Positions 17,689-26,147 of a stretch of DNA of 40,546 nt are shown in pieces. The notes under the pieces are model-generated. The model was not told where the DNA came from. It ran no database searches and worked only from the letters and a program-made list of their open reading frames with translations. Source of the DNA: a bacterium (lineage in GTDB: Bacteria; Bacteroidota; Bacteroidia; Bacteroidales; Bacteroidaceae); the NCBI GenBank assembly GCA_963618035.1, contig CAVERK010000001.1, positions 1 to 40,546 on the forward strand, in the 5' to 3' direction. Both the position numbers and the translations under genes were made by a program. Within the stretch, counting starts at the first letter, position 1; every line of letters begins with the position of its first letter.

Positions 17689-18129
17689 TTATTCCATGCT
17701 GTCATCGTCATCATCGCCGTCGGCGTCATCGTCGAAATCCATGTCTCCCCAAAACACCGGCTGCGTGAAGTCTTCCAGCTCCCTGCGGTCTTTCTTCGTG
17801 GGACGTCCCGTGCCTTTGGCGCGGTTCACGAACCCGCTTATCTTGCTCATCTCCAGGATTTCCATCTGGTCGGGAGCTGTGATGTTGTCAAGCATCTCAG
17901 GCACTGATTTCGCTCCCACGCGCTTCTCAATGGCTTGCTTGATGCGGAATGTGTATGTGATTGGCGGTTTGCGCACGCTGACCTCGTCGCCTTCCTTCAC
18001 GGTGTGTGCAGCCTTGGCCTGTGCACCGTTCACGCTGATGCGTCCTTTCTTGCATGCTTCTGCGGCGGTGCTGCGTGTCTTGAACAGCCTCACAGCCCAA
18101 AGCCATTTGTCCAGTCTCGCTGTTGCCAT
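17689..18129 (-). CDS. hslR: Hsp15-like S4-domain RNA-binding protein (50S recycling)
   Basis: MATARLDKWLWAVRLFKTRSTAAEACKKG...GRPTKKDRR, with an acidic tail. Confidence 0.9.
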   Translation of the reverse strand: MATARLDKWLWAVRLFKTRSTAAEACKKGRISVNGAQAKAAHTVKEGDEVSVRKPPITYTFRIKQAIEKRVGAKSVPEMLDNITAPDQMEILEMSKISGFVNRAKGTGRPTKKDRRELEDFTQPVFWGDMDFDDDADGDDDDDSME

Positions 18130-18158
18130 CTCTCCTTCTGTATTCTCTCTTGCCGTTC

Positions 18159-18725
18159 TTACTTCTTGTTGAACTGGTTCATTGTCAGCGTCAGTCCTGC
18201 CAGGCAGAAACTCCTGATTATCTCTCCTGCCATGTCCATGCGTTCGGGCAGGATGGTCCAGTCTTCTTCGCTGAAGTGCCCCAGCACATAGTCCACCTGT
18301 CCTCCGCGCGGGAAGTCGTTTCCTATCCCGAAGCGCAGGCGTGCATAGTCCTCTGTGCCGAGTGTCGCCGTTATGTGCTTCAGTCCGTTGTGTCCGGCAT
18401 CGCTGCCCTTGCCCTTCAGGCGCAGTGCACCTACCGGCAGTGCAAGGTCGTCCACCACTATCAGCAGGTTCTCTATCTGTATGTTCTCCTTCTGCATCCA
18501 GTAGCGCACGGCGTTGCCGCTCAGGTTCATGTATGTCGACGGCTTCAGCAGCACAATCTGTCGTCCTTTTATCGAGACACTGTTCACGAAGCCGTAACGG
18601 CGGTCCTGCCATTCGGGTGCATTGTTATTCTCTGCGAAGCGGTCCACAATCATAAATCCCGTGTTATGGCGTGTCTTGTCATATTCGGGGCCGATGTTTC
18701 CCAACCCTACAACCAAGTATTTCAT
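18159..18725 (-). CDS. pth: Peptidyl-tRNA hydrolase
   Basis: Motifs [43 protein letters not shown]. Confidence 0.97.
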   Translation of the reverse strand: MKYLVVGLGNIGPEYDKTRHNTGFMIVDRFAENNNAPEWQDRRYGFVNSVSIKGRQIVLLKPSTYMNLSGNAVRYWMQKENIQIENLLIVVDDLALPVGALRLKGKGSDAGHNGLKHITATLGTEDYARLRFGIGNDFPRGGQVDYVLGHFSEEDWTILPERMDMAGEIIRSFCLAGLTLTMNQFNKK

Positions 18726-18787
18726 GTTCTTTTCTTCTCCTTGCTCTTGTGCCTTGTCCGTGTGTCTGTCTGCCGGTGTATGCAAAC

Positions 18788-18867
18788 ATTTAATGCGGAC
18801 TATGCAGCCTTTTCTCGTCGGAGCCTGCAATCATCGGCATCCGCAGCTGCGCTAATCCGCATTAAAT
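18788..18867. repeat. 80-bp element bounded by a perfect 12-bp inverted repeat
   Basis: atttaatgcgga (18788-18799) and tccgcattaaat (18856-18867), extended inward by gcagc/gctgc. Confidence 0.8.
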
Positions 18868-18933
18868 TCTTTATATGTATCTCTCCGTTCTCTCTCTCTT
18901 GATGTGGAGAGGAAAGAGAGCCGTCAGCTCTGC

Positions 18934-19527
18934 TTATTTCGCAGCTTCAGCAGCAGCGGCAGCAGCCGTCTGGCGTGTAGCGTTCACAGAGCAGATGACA
19001 GCCGACTTCGGGTTGATCAGCTCCAGACCCTCGAAGCTCAGGTCTGCAACCTTCTTTGACTTGCCCAGCTTCAGGTCGGTTATGTCGATGTCGAGTCTCT
19101 CGGGGATTACGTTGTAGAGAGCCTTGACCTTCAGCTTGCGCATGCTCTGCTGCAGCTTGCCACCGCTCTTCACGCCCTCTGCAAGACCCACGAGCTTCAG
19201 GGGAACCTCCATCACGATAGGCTTCTCCTCGTTGATTTCCAGGAAGTCGATGTGCAGGATTGTGTCCTTCACGGGGTGGAACTGAATGTCCTTGAGGATT
19301 GCATTGTGCTTCTCTCCGTCGACGAAGAGGTCAACCACGTAGATGTGGGGCGTGTAGATGAGCTTGCGCACATCCTCAAACGCAACGGAGAAATTGATGT
19401 TCTTCTCTCCGCCGTAGATTACGCAGGGGACATTGTTCTGTCGGCGCAGTGCTTTCAGTGCGCGTGTCTGGTCGCAGGAACGCTCTGCAATGGCTCTCGA
19501 TGTGCCTTTCAATTCAAAACTTTTCAT
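18934..19527 (-). CDS. rplY: 50S ribosomal protein L25/general stress protein Ctc
   Basis: Motifs LRRQNNVPCVIYGG, KDIQFHPVKDTILHIDF, GVKSGGKL, PERLDIDITDL. Confidence 0.96.
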   Translation of the reverse strand: MKSFELKGTSRAIAERSCDQTRALKALRRQNNVPCVIYGGEKNINFSVAFEDVRKLIYTPHIYVVDLFVDGEKHNAILKDIQFHPVKDTILHIDFLEINEEKPIVMEVPLKLVGLAEGVKSGGKLQQSMRKLKVKALYNVIPERLDIDITDLKLGKSKKVADLSFEGLELINPKSAVICSVNATRQTAAAAAAEAAK

Positions 19528-19639
19528 TTCTTTGCTTGTTTTTGTGTTACTCTAAAATTAAGTTGTCTCTGTTGCTTAATTCACCATCACACGGTGTGCT
19601 CTCTCTTTGCACAACACTATGTGTCGCAAAAAAGCGGTG

Positions 19640-19670
19640 CAAAGGTACGGATTTCCCGCTAAGTTGCAAA
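19640..19670 (-). promoter_or_regulatory. Sigma-A promoter for rplY-pth-hslR
   Basis: Minus strand: TTTG (19670-19667), 19-bp spacer, TACCTTTG (19647-19640). Confidence 0.8.
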
Positions 19671-19681
19671 CGTTCCTGCGT

Positions 19682-20101
19682 CTAAAATTCGATGTCTATC
19701 TTTATGTCGTCTCCGCTACCGCTGTCGCTGCTGTCTGCGCCCTGGCTATATGTGTTGTCCTCCGCCTTGGGCTTGTCGCCATCGTTGTCACGGCTGTAGC
19801 GGAAGGTTTCTGTCTCGGGCTGTGACTCCTTGATGTAGTTCACGGCTGTGTTCAGGCTCTGCATGAACCTGTCGAAGTCCTCGTGGTAGAGGAATATCTT
19901 GTGCTTCTCGAAGCTCACCTGTGCATCGCCCTCGTCGCCGCCGCTCTTTCTCTTGCTCTCCGTTATTGCCAAAAACAGTTCGTCCTTGCGGTTTCTCTTG
20001 ACGTCAAGGTAGTAAATCCGTTTCCCTGCCTTCACCGTCTGTGAGAACACTATCTCCTTGTCAGCCGTGCCGGCAGTGTCTTTTCTCTTGTAATCTTCCA
20101 T
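19682..20101 (-). CDS. PUR-family (DUF3276) nucleic-acid-binding protein
   Basis: Motifs IVFSQTVKAGKRIYYLDVK, LAITESKR, FEKHKIFLYHEDF. Start at MEDY; alternative start at 20116. Confidence 0.85.
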   Translation of the reverse strand: MEDYKRKDTAGTADKEIVFSQTVKAGKRIYYLDVKRNRKDELFLAITESKRKSGGDEGDAQVSFEKHKIFLYHEDFDRFMQSLNTAVNYIKESQPETETFRYSRDNDGDKPKAEDNTYSQGADSSDSGSGDDIKIDIEF

Positions 20102-20352
20102 CGTATTTCTGTCCATATTTGTAATCCGGACTTCAAATTTGGCCATTTTATTTCTTCCGTCAAAGGGAGAAAGCGATTTATTCTGCACTCGTTGCAATAT
20201 TGTCCGGACAAGATCCCTGCACGCGGAGAGGTATACATGCCGCAGGACGTGAATATGACCGATCTCAAACCGCATGAATTCTAAACCGAAACTTGAGCAA
20301 GAATTGTCTTCAGAGGCCGCTTGATATTGTCCAAGGAGTAGGCTCATGTCCT

Positions 20353-20438
20353 CTCACATCGTTCGATGTGAGCATTCACAACGTTCGATGTGAGCGTTCA
20401 CAACGTTCGATGTGAGCATTCACATCGTTCGATGTGAG
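20353..20438. repeat. Tandem array of four 22-bp palindromic units (family B)
   Basis: tcacaWcgttcgatgtgagcRt at 20354, 20376, 20398 and 20420. The first core, ctcacatcg-tt-cgatgtgag, is a perfect dyad. Confidence 0.95.
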
Positions 20439-20677
20439 ACGACTTAGGACATCTCCTGAGATGACTTTGATTGTCTGCTCGCATGGCAGTAACGCATTGA
20501 ACGTTTCATGTGTTGCGTTTGATGCTCTTGCGCGATGCTTCCGTTTAGTCTCCGTCTGAGTTCTGCGGATAAAATCTGTGACCCCACGAATATATCGTCG
20601 GAATTGCCGTATTCTGCCGCAAAAACTTGTGTACTTTTGCTCCGACTATATAAAAGGATATTAGAGGATTATACGCC

Positions 20678-21124
20678 ATGCAAAAGATTCTGTTCGTGTG
20701 TCACGGCAATATATGCCGCAGTCCGATGGCCGAGTTCATATTCAAGAAGATGGTGGCAGATGCCGGACGTGCCAATGAGTTCGAGATTGACAGCGTGGCT
20801 ACGTCAACAGAAGAGACGGGCAATGACATGTATCCTCCTGCCAAGGCTTGTCTGAGGCGGCACGGCATACCGTTTGCACACCGTGCAGCACGGCAGATGA
20901 CGCATGCCGACTACCGGCATTATGACCGCATCTTCCTGATGGACAGAAACAACCTGCGGTGGCTGAAGTATCTTGGCATAGAAGATACTGACGGCAAGGT
21001 ACAGCTGCTTATGTCACTGACAGGCAATACGCGCGACGTGGCCGACCCTTGGTATACCGGCGACTTCGAACAGACCTACGACGACATTTGTCTGGCACTG
21101 CCACACCTGCTCACTTTCCTATAG
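20678..21124 (+). CDS. Low-molecular-weight protein-tyrosine phosphatase
   Basis: FVCHGNICRSPMAE P-loop and DPWY motif; TACTTTTG box at 20632-20639. Confidence 0.95.
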   Translation: MQKILFVCHGNICRSPMAEFIFKKMVADAGRANEFEIDSVATSTEETGNDMYPPAKACLRRHGIPFAHRAARQMTHADYRHYDRIFLMDRNNLRWLKYLGIEDTDGKVQLLMSLTGNTRDVADPWYTGDFEQTYDDICLALPHLLTFL

Positions 21125-21905
21125 CTTTCTCGAGTTCGGGCATGATGTCGTCGAGCGAGTGCGAGCGGGCCAGGATAGTTCCGTCTGCAGACAGCAACAC
21201 AACGGTCGGTATGGACTGCACGCCATACTGATAGGCTGGGGAGTTGTCGCGTCCGCCGGTGTAGATCACAGGCCATGTAATAGGCAATTCGCCCATGGCT
21301 TTGTCTATGTCTTCCTTCTTGTTCTCCCACACGTCAATGCCGAGGATATTCAGTTTGCCGCTGTACTTCTCCTTCAGTCCTGGCAATTCGTTGTTGATGG
21401 CGCGGCGGCATGGAGGACACCACGATGCGAAGAAGTCCACAAGTACCGGCTTGCCGTCGGCAAGTGTAGATGATATGCTCAGCTGCTTGCTGTCGTCGAG
21501 CACATCCGGCCCTGCTATGTCCACGTAGGCAGCACCTGCACTTGTCTTGGCACGTGCCTCGGACAGCCGCATGTAGTGCTGCACGCGTTCGTTGTTCTGT
21601 ACCAGTGTGTCGGCCTTGGCATAGTTGGTCTGCGCCGTTGCATTGTCCCACACGTTGTTGACCAACGTGTTGAAGAGTTCAATAGCCAGACTGTCGTTAT
21701 GATGGCGGTCGTAGAATTCGGCCACGACACCATAGTAGGCCGACTCGAACTCGGCATCGCTCAGTGTCGAGTCTTCCTGTATCTTGCCCAATGCAGTGCG
21801 CAGGGCTTCACGTCCCTCCTGCGCGGTCTCCACAGGTTGCTTTGTCTGGTTGCATGATCCCAATACGACAGCTGTAGCAGCTATCAGAAGTGTGGTCTTT
21901 CTCAT
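21111..21905 (-). CDS. TlpA-family thiol-disulfide oxidoreductase lipoprotein
   Basis: Lipobox VLGSC; VDFFASWCPPC; YGVQSIPT (cis-Pro); TACCTTTG box at 21945-21938. Confidence 0.9.
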   Translation of the reverse strand: MRKTTLLIAATAVVLGSCNQTKQPVETAQEGREALRTALGKIQEDSTLSDAEFESAYYGVVAEFYDRHHNDSLAIELFNTLVNNVWDNATAQTNYAKADTLVQNNERVQHYMRLSEARAKTSAGAAYVDIAGPDVLDDSKQLSISSTLADGKPVLVDFFASWCPPCRRAINNELPGLKEKYSGKLNILGIDVWENKKEDIDKAMGELPITWPVIYTGGRDNSPAYQYGVQSIPTVVLLSADGTILARSHSLDDIMPELEKAIGK

Positions 21906-22087
21906 AATCGGATGTAGTATTTGTTTGTTCCTGAGTGCAAAGGTAACAATAATGTCGGTAGCGGTGTGTTCTCCCCGTGAAAAGGCTCTTGCAAAAAAAC
22001 GCCTGTCAGGAACTTCCAAGTGGATTTTAATGTCTACTTTTGCAGCGAAAAAGCCATTGTTTTTTACAAAAGTCTTATTTTTCTTGT

Positions 22088-23014
22088 ATGATAAACAGAG
22101 TTCTTATCCGTCTGAAGGTGATACAGATTGTCTATGCGTACTACCAGAACGGAAACAAAAACCTTGATGCTGCCGAGAAAGAGCTGCTCTTCAGTATCTC
22201 CAAGGCGTATGACCTTTACAATTACCTGCTTCTGCTGATGGTTGCCATAACCGACTATGCCGCCAAGCGCATAGAGAAGAAGCGAAGCCACAAAATCCTT
22301 ACGGAAGAAGACAAGAACCCCAATATGCGTTTCGTAGAGAATGCTTTCATAGCACAGCTTCAGGCAAACAAGATGCTGAATGACTATGCCGACGAGAAGA
22401 AGCGCAGCTGGAACGACCAGGCAGACTTCGTCAAAAGCCTCTTCGAGAAGATTGAGGACAGTAATATATATAAGGCATACATGGTTGCCGACGCTACCGA
22501 CTACGATGCCGACAGGGAGCTGTGGCGCAAGCTCTACAAGACATTCATACAGAACAATGCCGAGCTTGACGACCTGCTCGAAGACATGAGCCTGTACTGG
22601 AACGACGACAAGGATATTGTCGACACGTTCGTCCTGAAGACCATCAACCGCTTTGACCCTGCGAACGGTGCCGACCAGCCGTTGCTGCCGGAATTCAAGG
22701 ATGAGGATGACCGCGACTTTGCCACCAAACTGTTGCGCTACACAATCCTCAACAGCGAGACATATCGCAAGCTGATCAGCGACAACACGCGCAACTGGGA
22801 TTTGAACCGCGTGGCGTTCATGGATGTAGTCGTCATGCAGACAGCACTCGCCGAAATCTTGTCTTTCCCGAACATCCCCGTCAGCGTCTCGCTGAACGAG
22901 TATGTCGATGTTGCCAAAACCTACAGTACGCCGAAGAGCGGAGCTTTCGTCAACGGTACGCTCGACGGAATAGTTAAGGTGTTAAAAAAGAGCGGGAAGT
23001 TGTTGAAGAATTAG
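22088..23014 (+). CDS. nusB: Transcription antitermination factor NusB (long Bacteroidetes form)
   Basis: MINRVLIRLKVIQIVYAY; C-terminal NWDLNRVAFMD, IPVSVSLNEY, STPKSGAFVNGTLD; TACTTTTG at 22035-22042. Confidence 0.93.
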   Translation: MINRVLIRLKVIQIVYAYYQNGNKNLDAAEKELLFSISKAYDLYNYLLLLMVAITDYAAKRIEKKRSHKILTEEDKNPNMRFVENAFIAQLQANKMLNDYADEKKRSWNDQADFVKSLFEKIEDSNIYKAYMVADATDYDADRELWRKLYKTFIQNNAELDDLLEDMSLYWNDDKDIVDTFVLKTINRFDPANGADQPLLPEFKDEDDRDFATKLLRYTILNSETYRKLISDNTRNWDLNRVAFMDVVVMQTALAEILSFPNIPVSVSLNEYVDVAKTYSTPKSGAFVNGTLDGIVKVLKKSGKLLKN

Positions 23015-23074
23015 TATGTTTGCAGGACAGAGACAATAAATACCATATTAAAAGACTAAAAAACAGGAGACACA

Positions 23075-23404
23075 ATGAACCTAATGACAGTTTTACTTCA
23101 GGCTCCGGCAGCCGGCGACAGCAGCCTCATGTGGATTATGCTTATTCTGATGTTCGTCATAATGTACTTCTTTATGATACGTCCGCAGAACAAGAAGCAG
23201 AAAGAGATCTCAAACTTCCGCAAGTCGTTGCAGGTAAACCAGAATGTAGTGACTGCCGGTGGCATACATGGCATCATAAAGGAGATCAATGACAATGACG
23301 TGATGCTTGAGATCGACCGCAATGTCAAGGTGCGTGTCGACAAGAACTCCATCTTTGCCGCTGCTGCCGATGCCAATGCTGCAACAGCCGCCAACACCAA
23401 ATAA
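23075..23404 (+). CDS. yajC: Preprotein translocase subunit YajC
   Basis: TM segment followed by YFFMIRPQNKKQK and VVTAGGIHG. Confidence 0.95.
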   Translation: MNLMTVLLQAPAAGDSSLMWIMLILMFVIMYFFMIRPQNKKQKEISNFRKSLQVNQNVVTAGGIHGIIKEINDNDVMLEIDRNVKVRVDKNSIFAAAADANAATAANTK

Positions 23405-23464
23405 AAATCCCGAACGGGCGACACATATCCCTGTTGAGGGATGTAAAGAACGGACAGAAGAAAT

Positions 23465-24478
23465 ATGCGCAGCCGTCAGCTTAAACACACATATCTAAGG
23501 TCGCTGCGAAAGACAAGGGACTTCCTGCTTAGCGACAGAAGCAGGGAGTTTTTTGTTTATCTGCTCTTCGTGTTCATCGCTGCGGGCTTCTGGCTTCTGC
23601 AGACGCTCGACAATGAGTATGAGACTGATGTGTCCATACCCGTGAGGCTTCGCGGCGTGCCCGACAATGTTGTCATTACCTCGGAGCCTGCGAGCCAGGT
23701 CATGGTGCGTGTGCATGACAAGGGAACGGCACTGCTCAATTATCTGTTTGCCCAGCGGTTCTACCCCGTAACGCTTAACTTCGAGGACTATCCGTCGCAC
23801 GACAATCATGTGGCTCTGCCTGCTTCGACATTCCAGCGTGCTGTCAGTGCACAGCTGGGTTCCACGGCGCGCATTGTCTCCATACAGCCGGACACATTGG
23901 AGTACTTCTACTCAGAAGGACGTGCCAAGAGAGTCCCTGTGCGTTTCAACGGACGTGTCAGTGGCGGTCGTCAGTATTATGTCAGTGACACACTTTTCAC
24001 TCCAGATTCTGTCGATGTCTATGCCGTCCCATCGGCTTTTGACACCATAGTCGCTGCCCGTACCGTGAGCACGGACTATGGGCAGATTGAGGACACGCTG
24101 CATGCCGATGTGCGCCTCGTCTCGGGCAAGGGGGTGAAGTTTGTCCCCGATGTTGTCAGGCTTACGCTGCCTGTCGACATCTATACGGAGAAGACCGTCG
24201 ATGTCCCCATTGAGGGTGTAAACTTCCCTGCCGACAAAGACCTGCGTGCTTTCCCCTCTAAGGTGAAGGTGACCTTTCAGGTTCCCATGAGCCACTACAA
24301 GGACATCACAGCCGAAGACTTCCGCATACTGGTCTCCTATGAGGAGCTTGTGTCGCTCGGTAATGCCAAGTACACGGTGCACCTGCGCCGTCAGCCACAG
24401 GGCATCACCCAGATACGTCTGAATCCTTCGCAGGTCGATTTCATCATTGAGCAATACTCGTCCGACGATGCAAACTAA
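23465..24478 (+). CDS. YbbR/CdaR-like domain membrane-anchored protein
   Basis: N-terminal TM ending in FWLL; repeated beta-rich domains with FTPDSV, FVPDVV, AFPSKV, LNPSQV; lies between yajC and coaE. Confidence 0.75.
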   Translation: MRSRQLKHTYLRSLRKTRDFLLSDRSREFFVYLLFVFIAAGFWLLQTLDNEYETDVSIPVRLRGVPDNVVITSEPASQVMVRVHDKGTALLNYLFAQRFYPVTLNFEDYPSHDNHVALPASTFQRAVSAQLGSTARIVSIQPDTLEYFYSEGRAKRVPVRFNGRVSGGRQYYVSDTLFTPDSVDVYAVPSAFDTIVAARTVSTDYGQIEDTLHADVRLVSGKGVKFVPDVVRLTLPVDIYTEKTVDVPIEGVNFPADKDLRAFPSKVKVTFQVPMSHYKDITAEDFRILVSYEELVSLGNAKYTVHLRRQPQGITQIRLNPSQVDFIIEQYSSDDAN

Positions 24479-25055
24479 GCTCGGCATAACAGGCGGCATC
24501 GGCAGTGGCAAGAGTGTTGTCTCGCATATTCTGCGCAGTTGTGGCATCCCTGTCTATGACTGTGACAGCAACTCAAAGCGTCTAACCGCCAGTGACCCCG
24601 TTATCCGCGACAGACTCGTCTCGTTGCTCGGATCTGCCATCTACGACGGTGACGGCAGGCTCAACAAGTCCATGCTTGCCGACTATCTCTTTGCCTCTGA
24701 CGACCATGTCCGTACCGTCAATGGCATCATCCATCCGCGTGTCCGCACAGACATAGCCCATTGGGCTTCACTGCAAGACAGTAGTCTTGTGGGCGTGGAG
24801 TCTGCCATCTTCTTTGAAGCACGCTTCACAGATGTGGTCGACAAGATACTCATGGTCTCGGCACCGGAAGATGTGCGCATAGCCCGCGTCGTGTCGCGCG
24901 ACAACACCACTGCCGATGCTGTCAGGCACCGCATCAGCAGACAGATGAGCGATGAGGAGAAGATGCGGCTATCGGACTTCTGCATTGTCAATGACGGCTG
25001 CCGTCCGCTCCTGCCTCAGGTTTTGCAGCTCATGCATAGGCTCATGTTGAAATAA
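24468..25055 (+). CDS. coaE: Dephospho-CoA kinase
   Basis: GITGGIGSGKS P-loop; IIHPRV, ESAIFFE, RISRQM. Confidence 0.95.
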   Translation: MQTKLGITGGIGSGKSVVSHILRSCGIPVYDCDSNSKRLTASDPVIRDRLVSLLGSAIYDGDGRLNKSMLADYLFASDDHVRTVNGIIHPRVRTDIAHWASLQDSSLVGVESAIFFEARFTDVVDKILMVSAPEDVRIARVVSRDNTTADAVRHRISRQMSDEEKMRLSDFCIVNDGCRPLLPQVLQLMHRLMLK

Positions 25056-25116
25056 ATACTTACATTTGCGCCCCGAAGCGTAACTCTAATTCAGATAAGG
25101 ACAAAGGAATAAAGAT

Positions 25117-25563
25117 ATGTTGAAGACAATTCTATCAATCGCGGGGAAGCCTGGACTGTACAAGCTCGTTTCCAGCGGAAAGAACATAATAGTAGTGGAA
25201 TCTCTGGCAGACAAACGCCGTATGCCTGCCTATGGCAATGACAAGATCATTTCTTTGGGAGACATTGCCATGTACACCGATGCGGAGGATGTGCCTCTGC
25301 GCGATGTGCTCAATGCCGTCAAGGCCAAGGAGAGCGGTGCGCCCATAGCCATCGATATCAAGAAAGCCACTCCCGACGAACTAACGGGCTATCTACAGAC
25401 TGTGTTGCCCAACTTCGACCGTGACCGCGTGCACCTGTCTGACATCCGCAAGCTCATAAGCTGGTACAATCTGCTCGTCAAGAGTGGCATCGACAACTTC
25501 GACGACGACGAGCAAGGTGGCAGTGCTGCAACATCGGCAGAAGCTGCACCGGAGGCTGAATGA
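25117..25563 (+). CDS. Conserved Bacteroidetes protein (DUF5606-like)
   Basis: ILSIAGKPGLYKLVS...ISLGDIAMYT...DRVHLSDIRKLISWYN; TACATTTG at 25061-25068. Confidence 0.8.
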   Translation: MLKTILSIAGKPGLYKLVSSGKNIIVVESLADKRRMPAYGNDKIISLGDIAMYTDAEDVPLRDVLNAVKAKESGAPIAIDIKKATPDELTGYLQTVLPNFDRDRVHLSDIRKLISWYNLLVKSGIDNFDDDEQGGSAATSAEAAPEAE

Positions 25564-26147
25564 ATACTGTGGGCAGACATACGGCCGCAGTGCTGTGCAT
25601 GGCGTTGGCGTTATGCTCGTGTGGCGGCAATGCGCGTCAGGGACAGGACGGCACTGACTACTATATGGTCGCCTCGTCGGCAGAAGACAGTGTATCTGCC
25701 GTCACAGGCGTGCGTAGCCTACAGACCATCGAGGCAAGCATTGACACCGTGTATCGTGGCAAGCCGTATCATTCCTATGTGGTGCGCCGTGCCGATGAAA
25801 GTCTGCCGCAGGTATCCGACGAGAGTGGGGCACACTATCTGGACAACCGTATCACTCTGCGGCTAACAAGCGGCAGCAGCAAGGTGCTTGAGCGCGACTT
25901 CCTCAAGTCGTCATTCGCGCAATATCTCGATTCAGATTTCCTGGAACATGCCCTTCTTGAGGGGCTGACATTCGACAAGGTCGTGCCAGACGGACTTCAG
26001 TATATAGCCAGCGTAGGCTATCCAGAAAGCGACCTCTATGTTCCTTTCAGTGTTGTCGTCTCTGCCCGTGGTGACGTGACGATACGCAAGTCCGACCTGC
26101 TTGACAGCGATGATGCCGACAGCATCAGTCAAGGTCAACAACAGTAA
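25560..26147 (+). CDS. Putative lipoprotein (DUF4738-like)
   Basis: Lipobox LCSC; RRADESLPQV..YLDNRITL..ASVGYP; ATGA overlap with the upstream gene. Confidence 0.65.
   Translation: MNTVGRHTAAVLCMALALCSCGGNARQGQDGTDYYMVASSAEDSVSAVTGVRSLQTIEASIDTVYRGKPYHSYVVRRADESLPQVSDESGAHYLDNRITLRLTSGSSKVLERDFLKSSFAQYLDSDFLEHALLEGLTFDKVVPDGLQYIASVGYPESDLYVPFSVVVSARGDVTIRKSDLLDSDDADSISQGQQQ

Noticed and set aside
18130..18612. N-terminal extension of the 307-aa ORF containing hslR
   Set aside because: It overlaps pth in another frame; Hsp15 homology starts at MATARLDKWLW (18129). I saw no frameshift signal suggesting a Pth-Hsp15 fusion.
20117..20347. Extended N-terminus of the PUR/DUF3276 ORF, and the 12-bp palindrome ttgtccggacaa (20200-20211)
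   Set aside because: The extension does not look protein-like, and a single short palindrome is too weak to call an operator.
23425..23444. Hairpin atatccct-gttg-agggatgt after yajC as an intrinsic terminator
   Set aside because: No U-tract follows on the coding strand and the next gene starts 20 bp later.
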